Shown here piece after piece: positions 46,501-60,876 of a DNA stretch of 64,000 bases (position 1 is the first letter of the stretch; every line of letters begins with the position of its first letter). Source of the DNA: the human T2T-CHM13v2.0 reference genome, Homo sapiens; NCBI RefSeq assembly GCF_009914755.1, contig NC_060938.1; one strand, given 5' to 3'. Below the pieces are notes generated by a model. It had not been told where the DNA came from. It saw only the letters and a list, made by a program, of their open reading frames with translations, and did no database searches. A program made the translations under genes and the position numbers.

Positions 46501-49500
46501 ACCAAGTGTACTAAAGCAAATCAGTCTTACCATGATTTATCTTTAGTAAAAATGGGAAACTGGAGAGAGAAATATTGTTTCAAAAACTATGGTATACTTG
46601 TTATTAAATTCTAGTCTCATTAGTTGTTTTTAAGTTTGTTTCTGCAATTTAGGCTAACCCCACTTATTCCTGTGAACCATCCAGTAATCTCTGACTGCTG
46701 CTCATAAGAAATGAGAGGGATGGGTAATGTAAAAATCTCAATCTGTATTTTAATTCCCGGCACATTACAATCAGCTAACAACCCCATATCAGCTTAGTTC
46801 CAACAGTTGCCAAGTTCATGGAAAGCCTTCTGATTTAGTTTACTTGAAATACCTTTATTTATTTTGCTTTACTCTTGTGGAATATAATGCTGTTATATTC
46901 TTTGTGTAGTAATACAGGACAAGCTTACTGAATGTTTTCTTAAATGGTACACTTATTAGTCTTCCAGATATCACCTTCTTTTGAAACTCAAGAGGTATAA
47001 ATAGATCTTACCATACTGATGCTTTCTGACTGAGCTCCTTCCTACCCTAAATACATGAGACCCTCATAGTTAGGCAGGAATATCATTGCCCCTATTCAGC
47101 CTGAAGAAGTTACAGAAGATGGATCTTCAACCCTCTGCAACCCTTAGGATTAAGAGCTCTCTTATAAAAGGGAGGGGGGAAATGTCAGAGGCCTGTGAAA
47201 CAGAGCAACTCCATCTTAAACAGGAGCTGGGTAAAATGAGGCTGAAACCTACTAGGCTGCATTTCCAGACGTTTAAGGCATTCTAAGTCACAGGATGAGA
47301 TAGGAGGTCAGCACAAAATACAGGTCATAAAGACCTTGCTGATAAAACAGTTTTCAGTAAAGGAGCTGGCCAAAACCAAAATGGCCGCAAGAGTTACCTC
47401 TGATCATTCTCACTGCTACACTCCTACCAGCACCATGACAGTTTACAAATGCCATGGCAACATTGGGAAGTTACCCTATATGGTCTAAAAAGGGGAGGCA
47501 TGAATAATCCACCCTTGTTTAGCGTATCAAGAAATAACCATAAAAATGGACAACCAGCAGCCCTCTGGGCTTCTCTGTCTATGGAGTAGCCTTTCATTTG
47601 TTTACTTTCTTAATAAACTTGCTTTCACTTTGAATAAAAAATAAATCGTAAAAATAAAACTGAATGCCTTTAACAGCATCCAAGTCACCTTCTGAATGCT
47701 TTGCTGCTTAGAAATTTCTCCACCAGATACCCTAAATCATCTCAAGTTCAAAGCTCTGCAAATCTCCTGGACAGGGGCAAAATGCGGCCCATCTCTTTGC
47801 TAAAACATAACAAGACTCACCTTTGCTCCAGTTCCCAACAAGTTCCTCATCTCCGTCTGAGTCCACCTCAGCCTGGCCCTTATTGTTCATATCACTATCA
47901 TGATTTTTGTCAAAGTCATTGAACAAGTATCTAGGAAGTTCCAAACTTTCCCACATTTTCCTGTCTTCTTCTGAGCCCTCCAAACTGTTCCAGCCTCTGC
48001 CTGTTACCCATTTCCAACGTTGATTCCACATTTTTGGGTATCTTTCCATCAATACCTAACTCTCAGTACCAATTTACTATATTAGTCCATTTTCACACTG
48101 CTGATAAAGACCTACCCAAGACTGAGCAATTTACTAAAAAAAGAGGTTTAATGGAGAACTCACAGTTCCATGTGGCTAGGAAAGCCTCATAATCATGGTG
48201 GAAGGCAAGAAGGAGCAAGTCACATCTTACATGAATGGTGGCAGGCAAAAAGAGAGAGTGTATTCAGGGAAACTCCCCCTTATAAAACTGTCAGATCTGA
48301 CACTTATTCGCTATCCCAAGAACAGCATAGGAAAGTCCTGCCCCCATGATTCAATTACCTCCTACCAGGTCACTCCCACAGGAGGTGGGAATTCAAGATG
48401 AGATTTCGGTGGGGACACAGCCAAACCATATACGCCTTATCTCAACACAAGACAATTTATGATGAGATTTATGATTCAGGCTTCCCCCTCCCCCAAAATT
48501 AAATAAAAAATAAACTTGATCTGAAAATATATCTTTGATTATCTCCGACTTCCCTTCCTCTCTTATACGTTTTTTTTTTATAAGACACACCAACAGAATC
48601 TGTTCCTCAAATTCAGTTTCCAAGGAATCTGACCTGAGGGAGTTGGTATCAGCAGTGGCCCCAGGAAGCATACCTAGGGGTAGAATTCTGAAGTTGTATC
48701 ACCCGTCATTTGGCCAGACCCCATCACAGGTGGTAGAATATTGATAGTCCCTGTCATTATAGTTATATATTAAAACTTTTACAAAGGGAATGATGTCAGC
48801 AAGATGGTAGACTAGAAAGCTACAGGCTCTCCTTCTCCTACAAACATATAAGTTAACAACAATTTATGTATCAGAATACTCCTCTGAGAACTCTAGAGAC
48901 CAGTTGAGAAGCTACAGTACCCAGGCCAGTAAAGAATTTAAAACCAAGAGCAGTTTCCAGCAATAGGGGTAAGAAAATTCCCAACACCCATCCATGCCCC
49001 TCTTCTTATGCAATAATAGTGTGTGCAACTGGGAAGAAGCTTTCCATACTAGAGCTCTTACCTTGGGACAGAAAAGAATGGACTGTATATCTAACATAGC
49101 TTGTCTGGAAGCTGCTGGATAAACTGATTTCTGCCTAGCCTAACTCAGACCACTTAGGAACAGCAGAGTTTGGATATCACTGAAATTAGGTGAGCAGCAC
49201 TACACAGTAGAGTTGAAGCTCTATAGACATACACCAGGGTGAATAAGATATCAGAAAAGCTTTGAGAGTTACTCTGGAACCTTCAGTAGGGTTGATCAGT
49301 AAAGGTTGTTCCCTGCATGAAATTAGCACACAAAGACATGAATAGGAGGTTGTTTTTTCAGTGCCCATACCCCAGCAAAAGATTACAAGGTATAAAAAGA
49401 AACAGGGAAACATGGCCCAAAGGATCAAAACAAAACTCCAGAAAACAACTCCAAAGAAATGAAGATCTATGAGCTTCCTGACAGGGCATTTAAAGTAACT

Positions 49501-50462
49501 GTCATAAAAGATCCTCAATAAGCTAAAAGTGAACACAGACAACTAAACAAAAATAAGAAAAACTATGCAAAATAAAATATCAACAGAAAGATATAAACTC
49601 AAAAATACAACAGAAATGCTGGAGCTGAAAAATAGAATAACTAAACTAAAAAATTCACTAGAAGGATTTAACAGTAGACTTGGTTAGGCTGAATAAAGAA
49701 TCAGTGAACGTGAATGCGGCAATTTGAAATAAAATCACAGGAATAAAACAAAAAAAAATGAAGCAAAGTAAAGAGAGCCTAAGGGACTCTTAAGCAGACC
49801 AACATGTGCATTATGGAAATATCAGAAGGAGAAGTGGGAAACAGAGAGCTTATTTGAAGGATTAATGGCCTAAAACATCTAAATCTAATGAAAGAAATGG
49901 AAATAAAATTTAAAAAGCTCAGTGAACTCCAACTAGGATAAATCCAAAGAGAACACCAAGACACATTATAAAACTATCTAAAGTGAAAGACAGAATCTTG
50001 AAAGCAGCAAGAGAAAAGCACCTCATATACAAGGGAGTTACCACAAGATATCAGTGGATTTCTCAGAAGAAATTTGCAGCCCAGAAGGAGTGGAATAATA
50101 TAATTAAAGTGCTGAAAGAAAAACAGCTGTCAATGAAGAATACTGTATCCAGCAAAACTCTCCTTCAAAAATAAAGGAGAAATTAAGATCTCAGATAAAC
50201 AAAAGCTGAGGGAGTGCATTATCACTAGACCTGCTCTACAAAAAATGCTAAAGGAAGTCTTTCTAGTTGAAATGAAACACATTAGATAGCAACATGAAGC
50301 CAAATGAAAATGTAAGGTTCTCTGATAAAGGTAAATACATGGAGAAATATAGTAACCTCAGAAATACTAGAAATGAAATTCAACTGCATATTAAAAGGAT
50401 TACACATCATTACCATGTGAATTTATGGAATGCAGGAGTGTTTCAAAATATGGAAATTAATG

Positions 50463-50676
<214 letters not shown>

Positions 50677-50913
50677 TCACATCAATTGATGCAGAAAAAT
50701 AATTTGGCAAGATTCAATACCCTTTCAAGATATAAAAGCCAAAAACGAAAACACTCACCAAACTAAGACTAAAAGGAAACTATCTCAAAATTTAAAGGGC
50801 CACTTATGAAAAGACCACAGCTAACATCATATTCACTAGTAAAAGATCAGAAGCAAGAAAAGGATGTCCATTCTTAATTAGAAAATTAAGAAAAGTTTAA
50901 TTATAATAGTATT

Positions 50914-51272
50914 TGATACAGTTTGGCTCTGTGTCCCCACCCAAATCTCATCTTGAATTGTAATAAGCCTCAAGTGTCATGGGAGGACCTGGTGGGAGGT
51001 AAGAGAATCATGGGGGCAGGTTTTCCTGTGCTGTTCTCCTGATAGTGAGTAAGTCTCACAAGATCTGATGGTTTTACAAAAAGGAGTTCCCCTGCACATG
51101 CTTTCTTGCCAGCTGCCATGTAAGACATGACTTTGCTCCTCATTAGCCTTCTGCCATGATGGTGAGGCCTCCCCAGCCATGTGGAACTGTGAGTCCATTA
51201 AATCTATTTTTCTTTATAAATTACCCAGTCTCGGGTATGTCTTTATTAGCAGTGTGAGAATAGACTAATACA
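50914..51272 (+). mobile_element. THE1C-like solo LTR
   Basis: tgatacagtttggctctgtgtccccaccc...gactaataca. Confidence 0.9.
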
Positions 51273-52200
51273 GCATCAAAGATAATAAAATACTTGGAAA
51301 TAAACCTAACCAAAGAGAGAAAAGACTTGTACAGTGAAAGCTGTAAAACATTGCTGACAGAAATTAAAGACACATAAAGAGACATCTGTGCTCATGGGTT
51401 GGAAGACTTACTATTGTCAAAGTGTCCATATTACCCAAAGAGATCTAAAGATTCAGCACAATCCTTATCAAAATCCCAATAGCACATTTTTTCCAGAAAT
51501 AGAAAAATTCAGCCTAAAAGCTATAGGAAATCTCAAGGGATACCAAATAGCCAAACAATTTTGGGAAAAAAAAAAAAAAAAAAAAAACCACAGCTGGAGA
51601 ACTTAAATTTCCAGATTTCAAAACATATTACAAAAGCCACAGTAATCGAAGCAGTGTAGTGCTAACAAAGGCAGACAAATATCAAGGGAATAGAATGGAG
51701 AGTCCAGAAATAAGCCTCATGTATATGGGCAAATGATCTTCAACAAGGGTGACAACATCACTCAATAGGGAAAGGCCAGCCTCTTCAACAAATGGTGCTG
51801 GGAAAATTGGATATCTGCATGCAAAAGAATGAGACTGGACCATTATCTTACACCAAAAACAAAAATTAACACAAAATGGATTAAAGACTTAAATATAAGA
51901 CTCAAAACTATAAGACTTCCTGAAGAAAACATAGGGGAAAAGCTTCATGACATTGGACTTGGCAATAATTTCTTGGGTATAACATAATAAAACACAAGTA
52001 AAAAAAGACAAACAAAAAAACAAAACTACATCCAATCTTATAAGTTTTGTACAAAGGACACAATAGAGTGAAAAGGCAACCTACAGATGGAGGAAAATAT
52101 TGGCAAAACATATATATTATAAGGGATTAATATCTAGGATATATAAAGAAATCCTACAACTTAACAACAACAAATCAGAAAATCTAATTTTAAAATTCTT

Positions 52201-52501
<301 letters not shown>

Positions 52502-53299
52502 TTAAATGGGCAGAGCATGTGAATAGACAAAGATAAAAAAATGGCCAACAAGCATGTGACAAGATGTCCAACAGCACTATTCAGAGAAATGCAAATCAAA
52601 ACCTCAATGAGGTATCACCTCATACCATTAGGATGTCTACTATCAAACAAACAAACAAACAAAAAACCAGCAACAAGTGTTGATAAAGATGTAGAGAATT
52701 TGGGACCCTTTTGGATGGTTAGTGGGATTGCAAAATGGTGCAATTGCCATGGGAAACAATATGGAGGTTCCTTGAAAAACTAAAAATAGAATTTCCATAT
52801 AATCCAGCAATCCCACTTATGGGTATATATCCAAAAGAATTGAAAGCAGACTCTCAAAGAGGTATTTGCACATCCATGTTCATAGTACAACATTCACAAT
52901 AGCCAAGAGGTGGAAGCAACTCAAATGTCCATCAACATATAAAGGGAGACAAGACAGGGAACACACATGCAATACTATTCAACCTTAAAAAGGAAGAAAC
53001 TCCTTTAATATGCTCTACAGATGAACCTTGAGGATATTATCTTAAATAAGCCAGCCACAATAAGACAAATGTTCCATGAAACTACTTATATGAGTAATTT
53101 AAAGTAGTCAGAATCTTAGAAACAGAAAGTGAAATGGTGGTTACCAAGGGCTAGGGGGAAAGGGAAATTGTTTAATGGATGTAGAGTTTTAGGTTTCCAA
53201 GATAAAAAATGTTTTGGAGATCTGTTTTACAACAATGTGAATATAGTTAACACTACTAAACTGTACACCTAAAAATGCTTACAATGGTAATTTTTAAAA

Positions 53300-53571
53300 A
53301 TAGGCCCTGAAGTATTTGTCAAAACCCATAGAATGGTATAACATGAGTAAACCTCAGTGTAAATTATGAGCTATAGTCAATAACAATATTAGTTCAATAA
53401 CTGCAACAAAATTTACCATACTAATGTAAAATGTTAATAATAGAAGAAACTGTCGGGGAGGGGGAGGACACGGGTGGAATGAATATATGGAACTCAATGT
53501 ACTATTTGCTCAATTATGCTTTAACTCTAAAACTGTACAAAAAAATATATTAATAACAAAACCAAAAAAAA
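53300..53571 (+). mobile_element. L1MC/MD 3' end
   Basis: atttgtcaaaacccatagaa...atgttaataatagaagaaactg...ggaactcaatgtact. Confidence 0.75.
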
Positions 53572-55787
53572 AGTCACCTGTGGCTAACTGGCAAGGGTAG
53601 AAATATAGGTTGAGTAGATGCACTGGCTTATGGAATAATTCAAGTGTGATATAAACATGGGAGGGAATAGAGTTATAAGCATGTGTGGAATTGGTAGCTG
53701 TTGCAGATGCTTTAAAGAGAAAATGATAGGTTCTCAGTAATTAGTCACCAAAGAGTAAACATCAGAGAGCCTCCTTACATCCCTGCTGTGTTTAAAGAAA
53801 CTCTCATCTCTTACAGCCAGAGGACTGATCAAACTAAGACCAAGGTCAGGAATTAATTTTATGACTATCGAAATTTTAGCAGGATGAATTATCAGCCCTA
53901 GCAGGTTTTCTACACTACATTCAGGTCCCTGATAGACAGAGAATGGAATTCTGACACTTGGGGTGGGGATATCTGAGTAGATACACTTGAAAACATTGAA
54001 TACACAAATTTCACTGAAACTTTTGAGTCTGTAAAAGTTTCCCCTTATTAGAAGAAAACAGCTAACCCTCACTCGAAGACAATGCAGAATCTTCAATGGA
54101 GGCAGGTACCTTATAGGACAATGCTTGTCCGCCTCAGAATCTGTTCCCACATCTCATTTGAACCAAGAACTAGGGTCAAAACTCAGCATGGCCCCGACTA
54201 CAGAAGTTTAGATCTACTAAGGGATGAGAGGGTTGAACATTGAAGAAGCTGCAGGAGCTGGCAAAGGTGTACAAACAGAAAAGGGGAGAATTTGTCTGGA
54301 CATGGATCTTCAGGGTACTAATTCAAAGGGAGAATATAAAGCTGGATAAGGGAGAGTTATCAATATGGGCCACTCTTCCATGACACCAGATTTACTACCC
54401 TGATAAGCCTCCAGAGGCTTTTCCTAATCCACTGTTGGAATGGCTCTTGGAAGCCTAGAAAATTTGATGGCCCAGAGTAAATGAAGAAGAGATACCAGAA
54501 CAACCGTGGCAGACTGTAGAGGAAGGATTAAAAGGCTCAGAGAAGTAGGCATTTTATAATAGATTTATTATAATCCATCATACCAGAAAACCCACTAGCT
54601 GACTGCTTCTTGGAAGAGCCCAGAGATCATTCTGGTTATCAAGACAATATAATATGAAGTGTACTGGTGAGTGGGTATTATTGGTATCATTGAGAAGCTT
54701 AGTAGTTGCTCTCTTCTAAGGTAGAGGATGCAGTTTCAGAACTGGGTTTATTACTAGATATGGGGATCATAAACCCCCAAAATAGCAGAGGCCTGGTATC
54801 AGCACTGAATGATGGGCAGCAAAGTCAGAATGGTAGCCAAGGTTGACTGACCTACAGTAATCTAGAAAACACATTACTAGAGGCAAAATATATAGACAGC
54901 AAAGGGAATATTGCTTAATAGAATTAAGAGACTAAGAATGTGTAAGCAGAAAGTTGAGATCACTGCCCCAATAGAAAGCCATGATTCTTTGCCCAATCCC
55001 CAAATCTGAGTAAGCTCTCAGATCCAGAATTCACTGAGAAGACAGACAAATCTGGGACAATTTGAGCATCAAGAAAATGATAGTAGAGGACTATAACATT
55101 AAGTAAAAATCCATGGGGCCTACACTGATATAAATAAAGAAGGAAAATCTATTTCTTGCAGTAGAAAGCCAACAAATAAATGTAGAAGGAATAATGAAAT
55201 TAACATTAACCATTTAATAATTATCTTGATTCAGCCAAAAATCATTAATGACTGCTAAAATAGTGAAAGTTTGATGAGAAATAGAGTAACATTCACATAA
55301 TCCCAACTGTCACCTCCACAAGATACCTATTAATTACAGAACATAAAATAGGAACTTTACAGTGCAGAAACCTGACAGGAACCACCTTAGCCAAATTATC
55401 AAATTTAACATTGCCAGTAATGAAACTAATCTATAGCAGGTGCCTCTTGCTATGATGCACCGAGAAGGACACAACATCACTTCAGTGATAATTCTGCCAA
55501 AAATGCACTACCTGAATCTGATTATGAGACAAATAAACCCAAAATGAAGGACACTGTACAAAATAATTAGTCTGTACTCTTCAAAAATATCTATTTCATG
55601 AAATACAAAGACTCAGGAACTATTGTCTATTAAAGGAACTCAAAGAGACATGACAACTAACTGCAATGCATAATCTTGAATATTCTTTTGCTATAGAGAA
55701 TGTTATTGGAAACATTGGAAAAATCTAAATAAGGTCTGTAGTTCAGATAATGGTATTTTATCAATGATAATTCCCTGATTTGATTAT

Positions 55788-56119
55788 CACAATCTCCCTT
55801 TATCCAGTTTTACTTTCTTCAGTTTCAGTTACCCAAGGTCAATTGCAGTCGGAAAATAGGTGAGTACAGTACAATCAGTCATTTTGGAAGAGAAAGAGAC
55901 CACATTCACATAACTTTTATTTCAATACATTGTTATAATTGTTCTATTTTATTATTAGCTATTGTTCATCTTTTACTGTGCCCATTTTGTAAATTAAACT
56001 TTACCTTGAGTATTTTCATATTAGAAAAAACATAGTATATGCAGAGTTTGGCACTATCTACAGTTTCAGGCATCCATGGTGGGGACCTCTTAAAATGTAT
56101 CCTCCTGCATAGTGTACTG
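55788..56119. mobile_element. MER44A-like TcMar-Tigger MITE
   Basis: gaaaataggtgagtacagtacaat...gaccacattcacataacttttatt...tttcaggcatcca. Confidence 0.85.
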
Positions 56120-56126
56120 TGAATTC

Positions 56127-56437
56127 TTTTTTTTTTTTTTTTTTTTTTTGAGACAAGGGCTCACTCTGCCACCCAGGCTGGGGTACAGTGGCATGATCTC
56201 ACCTCACTGCAGCCTCAACATCTTGGGCTCAAGTGATCCTCCCACCCACCTCAGCCTTTCAAGTAGTTGGAATTACAGGTACACACCATCACAGCTGGCT
56301 AAATTTTTGTATTTTTTGATAGAGATGGGGTTTTACCATGTTGCCCAGTCTGGTCTCAAACTCCTGGGTTCAAGCAATCCACCGGCCTAAGACTCCCAAG
56401 GTGCTGGGACTACAGGTGTGAGCCACTGTGCCCGGCC
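56127..56437 (-). mobile_element. AluJ
   Basis: ctcactgcagcctcaac, tgggctcaagtgatcctccc. Confidence 0.9.
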
Positions 56438-56825
56438 AGAGAATTATTTTTTAGAAAATACACACTGAGGTGTTTAAAAATAAAGGGGAATCATATCTGC
56501 AACTTAGTCTTAAACAGTTCAGAAAAAAAAAAGGTGTGTGATACATATACATTTATCTATCGAGAAAAGGTTACAGTAAGTGTAATAAAATGTTAACATT
56601 TGGGGTATCTGGGTAGAAGTTATCTAGGAATTTTTTGAACTATTCTTGCAACTTTTCTGTAAATTTGAAAGGATGTGAAAATTTAAAATATATATATCAA
56701 AATAAAAACAAAGAAGCTTCAATACGAAAATAAATTTATATAGTAGTGATTACCCTAGTCCTTCCTGAAAGGGGTCCATGGGCACTTACTCAGATAACCA
56801 TGTACTGGGGGAAGTAGACTACACA

Positions 56826-57119
56826 TTTTGTTTTTCCTAAGACATGGAGTCTTGCTCTGTCACCCAGGCTGGAGTGCAGAAAAGTGATCTTGGTTCACTG
56901 CAACCTCCACCTCCTGGGTTCAAGCATCCTCCTGCTTCAACCTCCTAAGTAGCTGGAATTACAGGCACATGGCACCATGCCCAGCTAATTTTTGTATGTT
57001 TAGTAGAGATGGGGTTTCACCACGTCAGTCAAGCTGGTCTCGAACTCCTGACCTCATGATCCGCCTGCCTCGGCCTCCCAAAGTACTGGGATTACAGGTG
57101 TGAGCCACTGCACCCGGCC
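56826..57119 (-). mobile_element. AluS (Sg-like)
   Basis: ctcctgacctcatgatccgcctgcc. Confidence 0.9.
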
Positions 57120-57515
57120 GACTGTACATATTTTTAAAAGGATGTTGGACACAAGGTCCCAACTGACATTGATACTCAGAAAACCAAAGTACCATTCTGA
57201 CCTTCTATTAGAGAAGATGCTTGGGGTCAGGTTATAAATGAATTCCTGACCCAATCCTATAGACCTCATAGTGAGTCCATTGGGTTTATGGATCTACCTA
57301 GTGGTTGTATCTCCAGTTCATCAATGTACAATTGGAATGGACATGCCAATTTGTAAAACTCTCACATTGGATACTGGTTTAACAGTAAAGTAAAAGAATT
57401 ATTGTAGGAAAGGTCAAGTGGAAGCCTCTGAAACTGCTGCCGGCTTTAGCCAAAATAATAAATTAAAAATTAATATTGCTTCCCAGCGAGCAATGAAAGA
57501 GATTAGGACTACTAT

Positions 57516-58136
57516 TGAAGCCATGCCTCAAAGAGTTAAATAAATCAATGGCTACATTCTTAGACTTACAGGACAGCAGGTAAGAAAAGAAATAATTGAA
57601 ACTAAAAAAGCTGAAACTATGCTCTCCCCATCTCAAGAGTAAGAAACCAGTAACTAACAAATTTTCAAGTTTGCAGGACAGAAGATAAGAACATGCTGAA
57701 ATGCCCTCTACTTAAGAGATTAAAAAATAAAAACAAAACCTGGCTGAAATCAGTTGGAACCACGATGGCTGACTGGAGTTTGTGCCGAATGAGCTTGCTG
57801 ACATCACAACCTGAATTTCCACCACATTTCATACTAACTCTCCCAAAATTTGCACATGTGACCCATGAATTAACATAAAGAGATACCTGCACATGCCCAA
57901 AGACTTTCCAGACTTCCCCTTTCCTTTTACCAACCACCTACTAATCTCAGAATCTACCCGAAGAACCTTTGCTAATAAAAATATTGTCTTGCAACCATCA
58001 TCGGGAGACAATTTGAGTTTGATTTATGTTTCCTTAGGAGTTGACTTTCAATATAACGCTTTTCTTTTCTCAAAAACCCAGTGTCATAGTATTGGTTTCT
58101 ACCACATCAGACAGCGACCCCTTTTGCTCAATAACA
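57516..58136 (+). mobile_element. ERV1 solo LTR (family not assigned)
   Basis: TG...CA ends, 4-bp TSD ctat, interrupts the ERVL pol remnant. Confidence 0.8.
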
Positions 58137-59453
58137 CTATCAGATTTAAACAATGCAATGGTGATGATCCATAATTGTAAATCATGATCCATGTCATGAT
58201 TTACAATCTTATTTAATTCACCTGTATGGCCTCCACAAATACCTGATGAATTGGCAGTGGACTAGCACTAACTTAAGCAGAAGCCTTGCAGTTATTGTGC
58301 CACATGTGATATCTTTACTAGAAGAGATTAACACATGGTCTAGAATGTGATATACAGGTAATGATCTGGCTAATGTATTATTTTCCATATCTTTGCAAAG
58401 GGAAGATCAGAAGCAGATCCCATTCACGTCTAAGAAACAACGTACATTCATGATCTTGTCCCAGATTCCTAATTCTCCTTCTCTGTTATATCACAGTCCC
58501 AAAGCAACCTAGATCATCTGGACATTTTGCAGAACATCACACTCTATCTACTGTATTGATGAGATCATGTTAATTAGACCTGTTAAGCTAGAAGGGGTAA
58601 GTATTTTCAACGTCTTTGTAAGATATACGGACTCCAGAGAGTGGGAAATAAACTACCAAGATTCAGAGTCCTTCTAGCTCCAAAATTCTGGGGTCTAATA
58701 CTCTGGGGCATTCTAAGACATCACCTCCAAAATAAAGACCGTTTATTATACCTTGTACCTACCACCACTAAGAGAAAAAAAAAATCACAGTGGTTAATAG
58801 GTATTAAGTATAGTTCATACTTGGGAATAACATTCTGATTCATTATCAAATGATTTTGAAGGTGTCCAATTATGAATGGAGCTCAGAGGAAGGAAGAGAT
58901 CAGTATCAAGTTCAGACTGTAGTACAAGCCATCCTGCCACTTGGGTCATACCATTTGGCAGATTCAACAATATTAGAGGGAGAAAAAGCTCTCTTGTGAA
59001 GTCTCAGGCAAGCCCCAAGTGGAGAGTCACAGCATATTCTTAGGGTTCTGCATGTAGAAGGTATATAGAGAATTATATACCACCTGAAAAATAACTCCTG
59101 GCATGAAAGAGATGGAATACCTTATCACGAGATACCAAGTGACCTGTAGCTATAAACACCCATCATGACCCACCAAGTCATGAGGTTACATGGGCTCAGA
59201 AGAAATACACCATAAGATTAAAGTGGTACATCTAGAATCAGGCATGAGCAGGTCCAGAGGTCACAAGTAAGCTGTGGGAACAAGTGGCCCAGATTTCCAC
59301 AACATCTTCCACTACTGAGCCAATGCCTTCTCCTTGGCTCACAGCTATGACCTTATGAGAGAGTTCCCTATAACTAGCTGGCAAAAAAGAAGAAAGACAT
59401 GAGCTTGGTTCTTGATCTCATATCCCTCAGGGATCAAAGTGTGGGTTATTCCA

Positions 59454-60085
59454 AGTGCTACCATTTCCCAATAAAGGAATAGGGACCCAGAGGCTGGGTC
59501 CCTGGCTGCCTTGCTGTGGGGTTTTGTTATTTCTCTGATAAGATTGCTCTGGAAAGAGCTGCTTTCAGGGATTATTTTTGAATACCCTGAGTGGGGAACA
59601 GGGTTCTCCTCAATGCCTCACAACCAAGATCATAGGAAAGGGGCCCTATTTTCCTGCTCAGAACATATACTGAATGGAATGTATTTTTAAGAGAATAAAC
59701 TATTTTTTTTGTATTTTGAAGACTGGGAGGGCTAAGAAGATAGCCCTCAAATAAACTGGCTATTGCATTATAGGCCCATTTGTTGGGGGCAGTCTGTTGG
59801 TCCACACCTACTTGCTTAGGCAGGTGCTCTGGTCTCACCCCTGCCCCTTGGAGTTTAGGTGCAGCAGCCTCTACATTCCTGTTCCAAGCATGGGACCAAG
59901 GAGGCCGGAACCTGTCACTGGAAGCCAGGTCAAAGCCATGAGCAGTGGCCCACGGCTTGTTGGGTTCGTCTGTATCATTGAAGCTGCCTGTCTGCATGTA
60001 TCCTCTGGCTCGCGTGCTGTTGGCTCTGCAGTACAATATGTAACCAATAAAGCTCCCTCCTTTCCATGTAAAAAACAAACAAAAC
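59454..60085 (+). pseudogene. 5'-truncated processed retrocopy of an unidentified transcript 3' end
   Basis: AATAAA 60046-60051, A-rich tail from 60070, 18-bp TSD aaagtgtg(g/a)gttat(t/c)cca; not recognised as a TE. Confidence 0.8.
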
Positions 60086-60581
60086 AAAGTGTGAGTTATC
60101 CCATCAGATAGGCCATCTAGACCAGCAGAAGTGATGGCTGAGACTGAGAAGAATCTAGAATGAATAGTAAAGGGTGGAGATTGTGAGTATTAGTTGTGAC
60201 TTTACGACGACTGCACCAGTTGGGCTACACTGTTCCTGCTAACCTTCCTCTTATATATTTTGCCAGAACTGTGACCAAACAGAATCCACTAGAATCTATA
60301 CCTTAATGAAATGACCTTAATGTGCGAGAAACAATGGATCTCAATAGGGTAAACTGTAACTGATGTTGTTTTTATCTCACTTGAATCTTTTTTAGTGGGC
60401 TGTGTACCCATTCTCTCAGCTGCTGTGAGTATTGGCTGATAACAGCTCACAAGTGCCTCCCTCTATGGAAGCTTGCCCTCAGCCAATGGGAACAGTCTTG
60501 CTCAAAAGACTATAATCCCTACTTCCTCATCTCTGTCAACATTGCCAAAGACTTACAGGGTAGGGTACAAAAGACAGTGTG

Positions 60582-60876
60582 GGCCAGGCACGGTAGCTTA
60601 CACCTATAATCCCAGCACTTTGGGAGGCTGAGGCGGGCAGATCACAAGGTCAGGAGATCAAGACCATCCTGTGAATGGTGAGACTAAAAATACAAAAAAT
60701 TAGCCGCGCGTGGTGGCGGGTGACTATAGTGGCAGCTACTAGGGAGGCTGAGGTGGGAGAATGGCGTGAACTTGGGAGGCAGAGCTTGCAGTGAGCTGAG
60801 GTTGCGCCACTGCACTCCAGCCTAGGTGACAGAGCAAGACTCCATCTCAAAAAGAAAAAAAAAAAAAAAAAAAAAA
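60582..60876 (+). mobile_element. AluY/Sc-like with short internal deletion, inside LTR16
   Basis: gaatggcgtgaac, gagcttgcag; TSD aaaagacagtgt. Confidence 0.9.

Larger units (their letters stand above)
55050..56705 (+). mobile_element. L1MC4/ME-type 3' region, interrupted
   Basis: aactttacagtgcagaaacctgacag, catgacaactaactgcaatg, tattcttgcaacttttctgtaaatttgaaa. Confidence 0.7.

Noticed and set aside
59572-60111. 171-aa and 104-aa ORFs in the retrocopy as a retrogene
   Set aside because: Non-ATG starts, no recognisable homology; the sequence looks like 3'UTR
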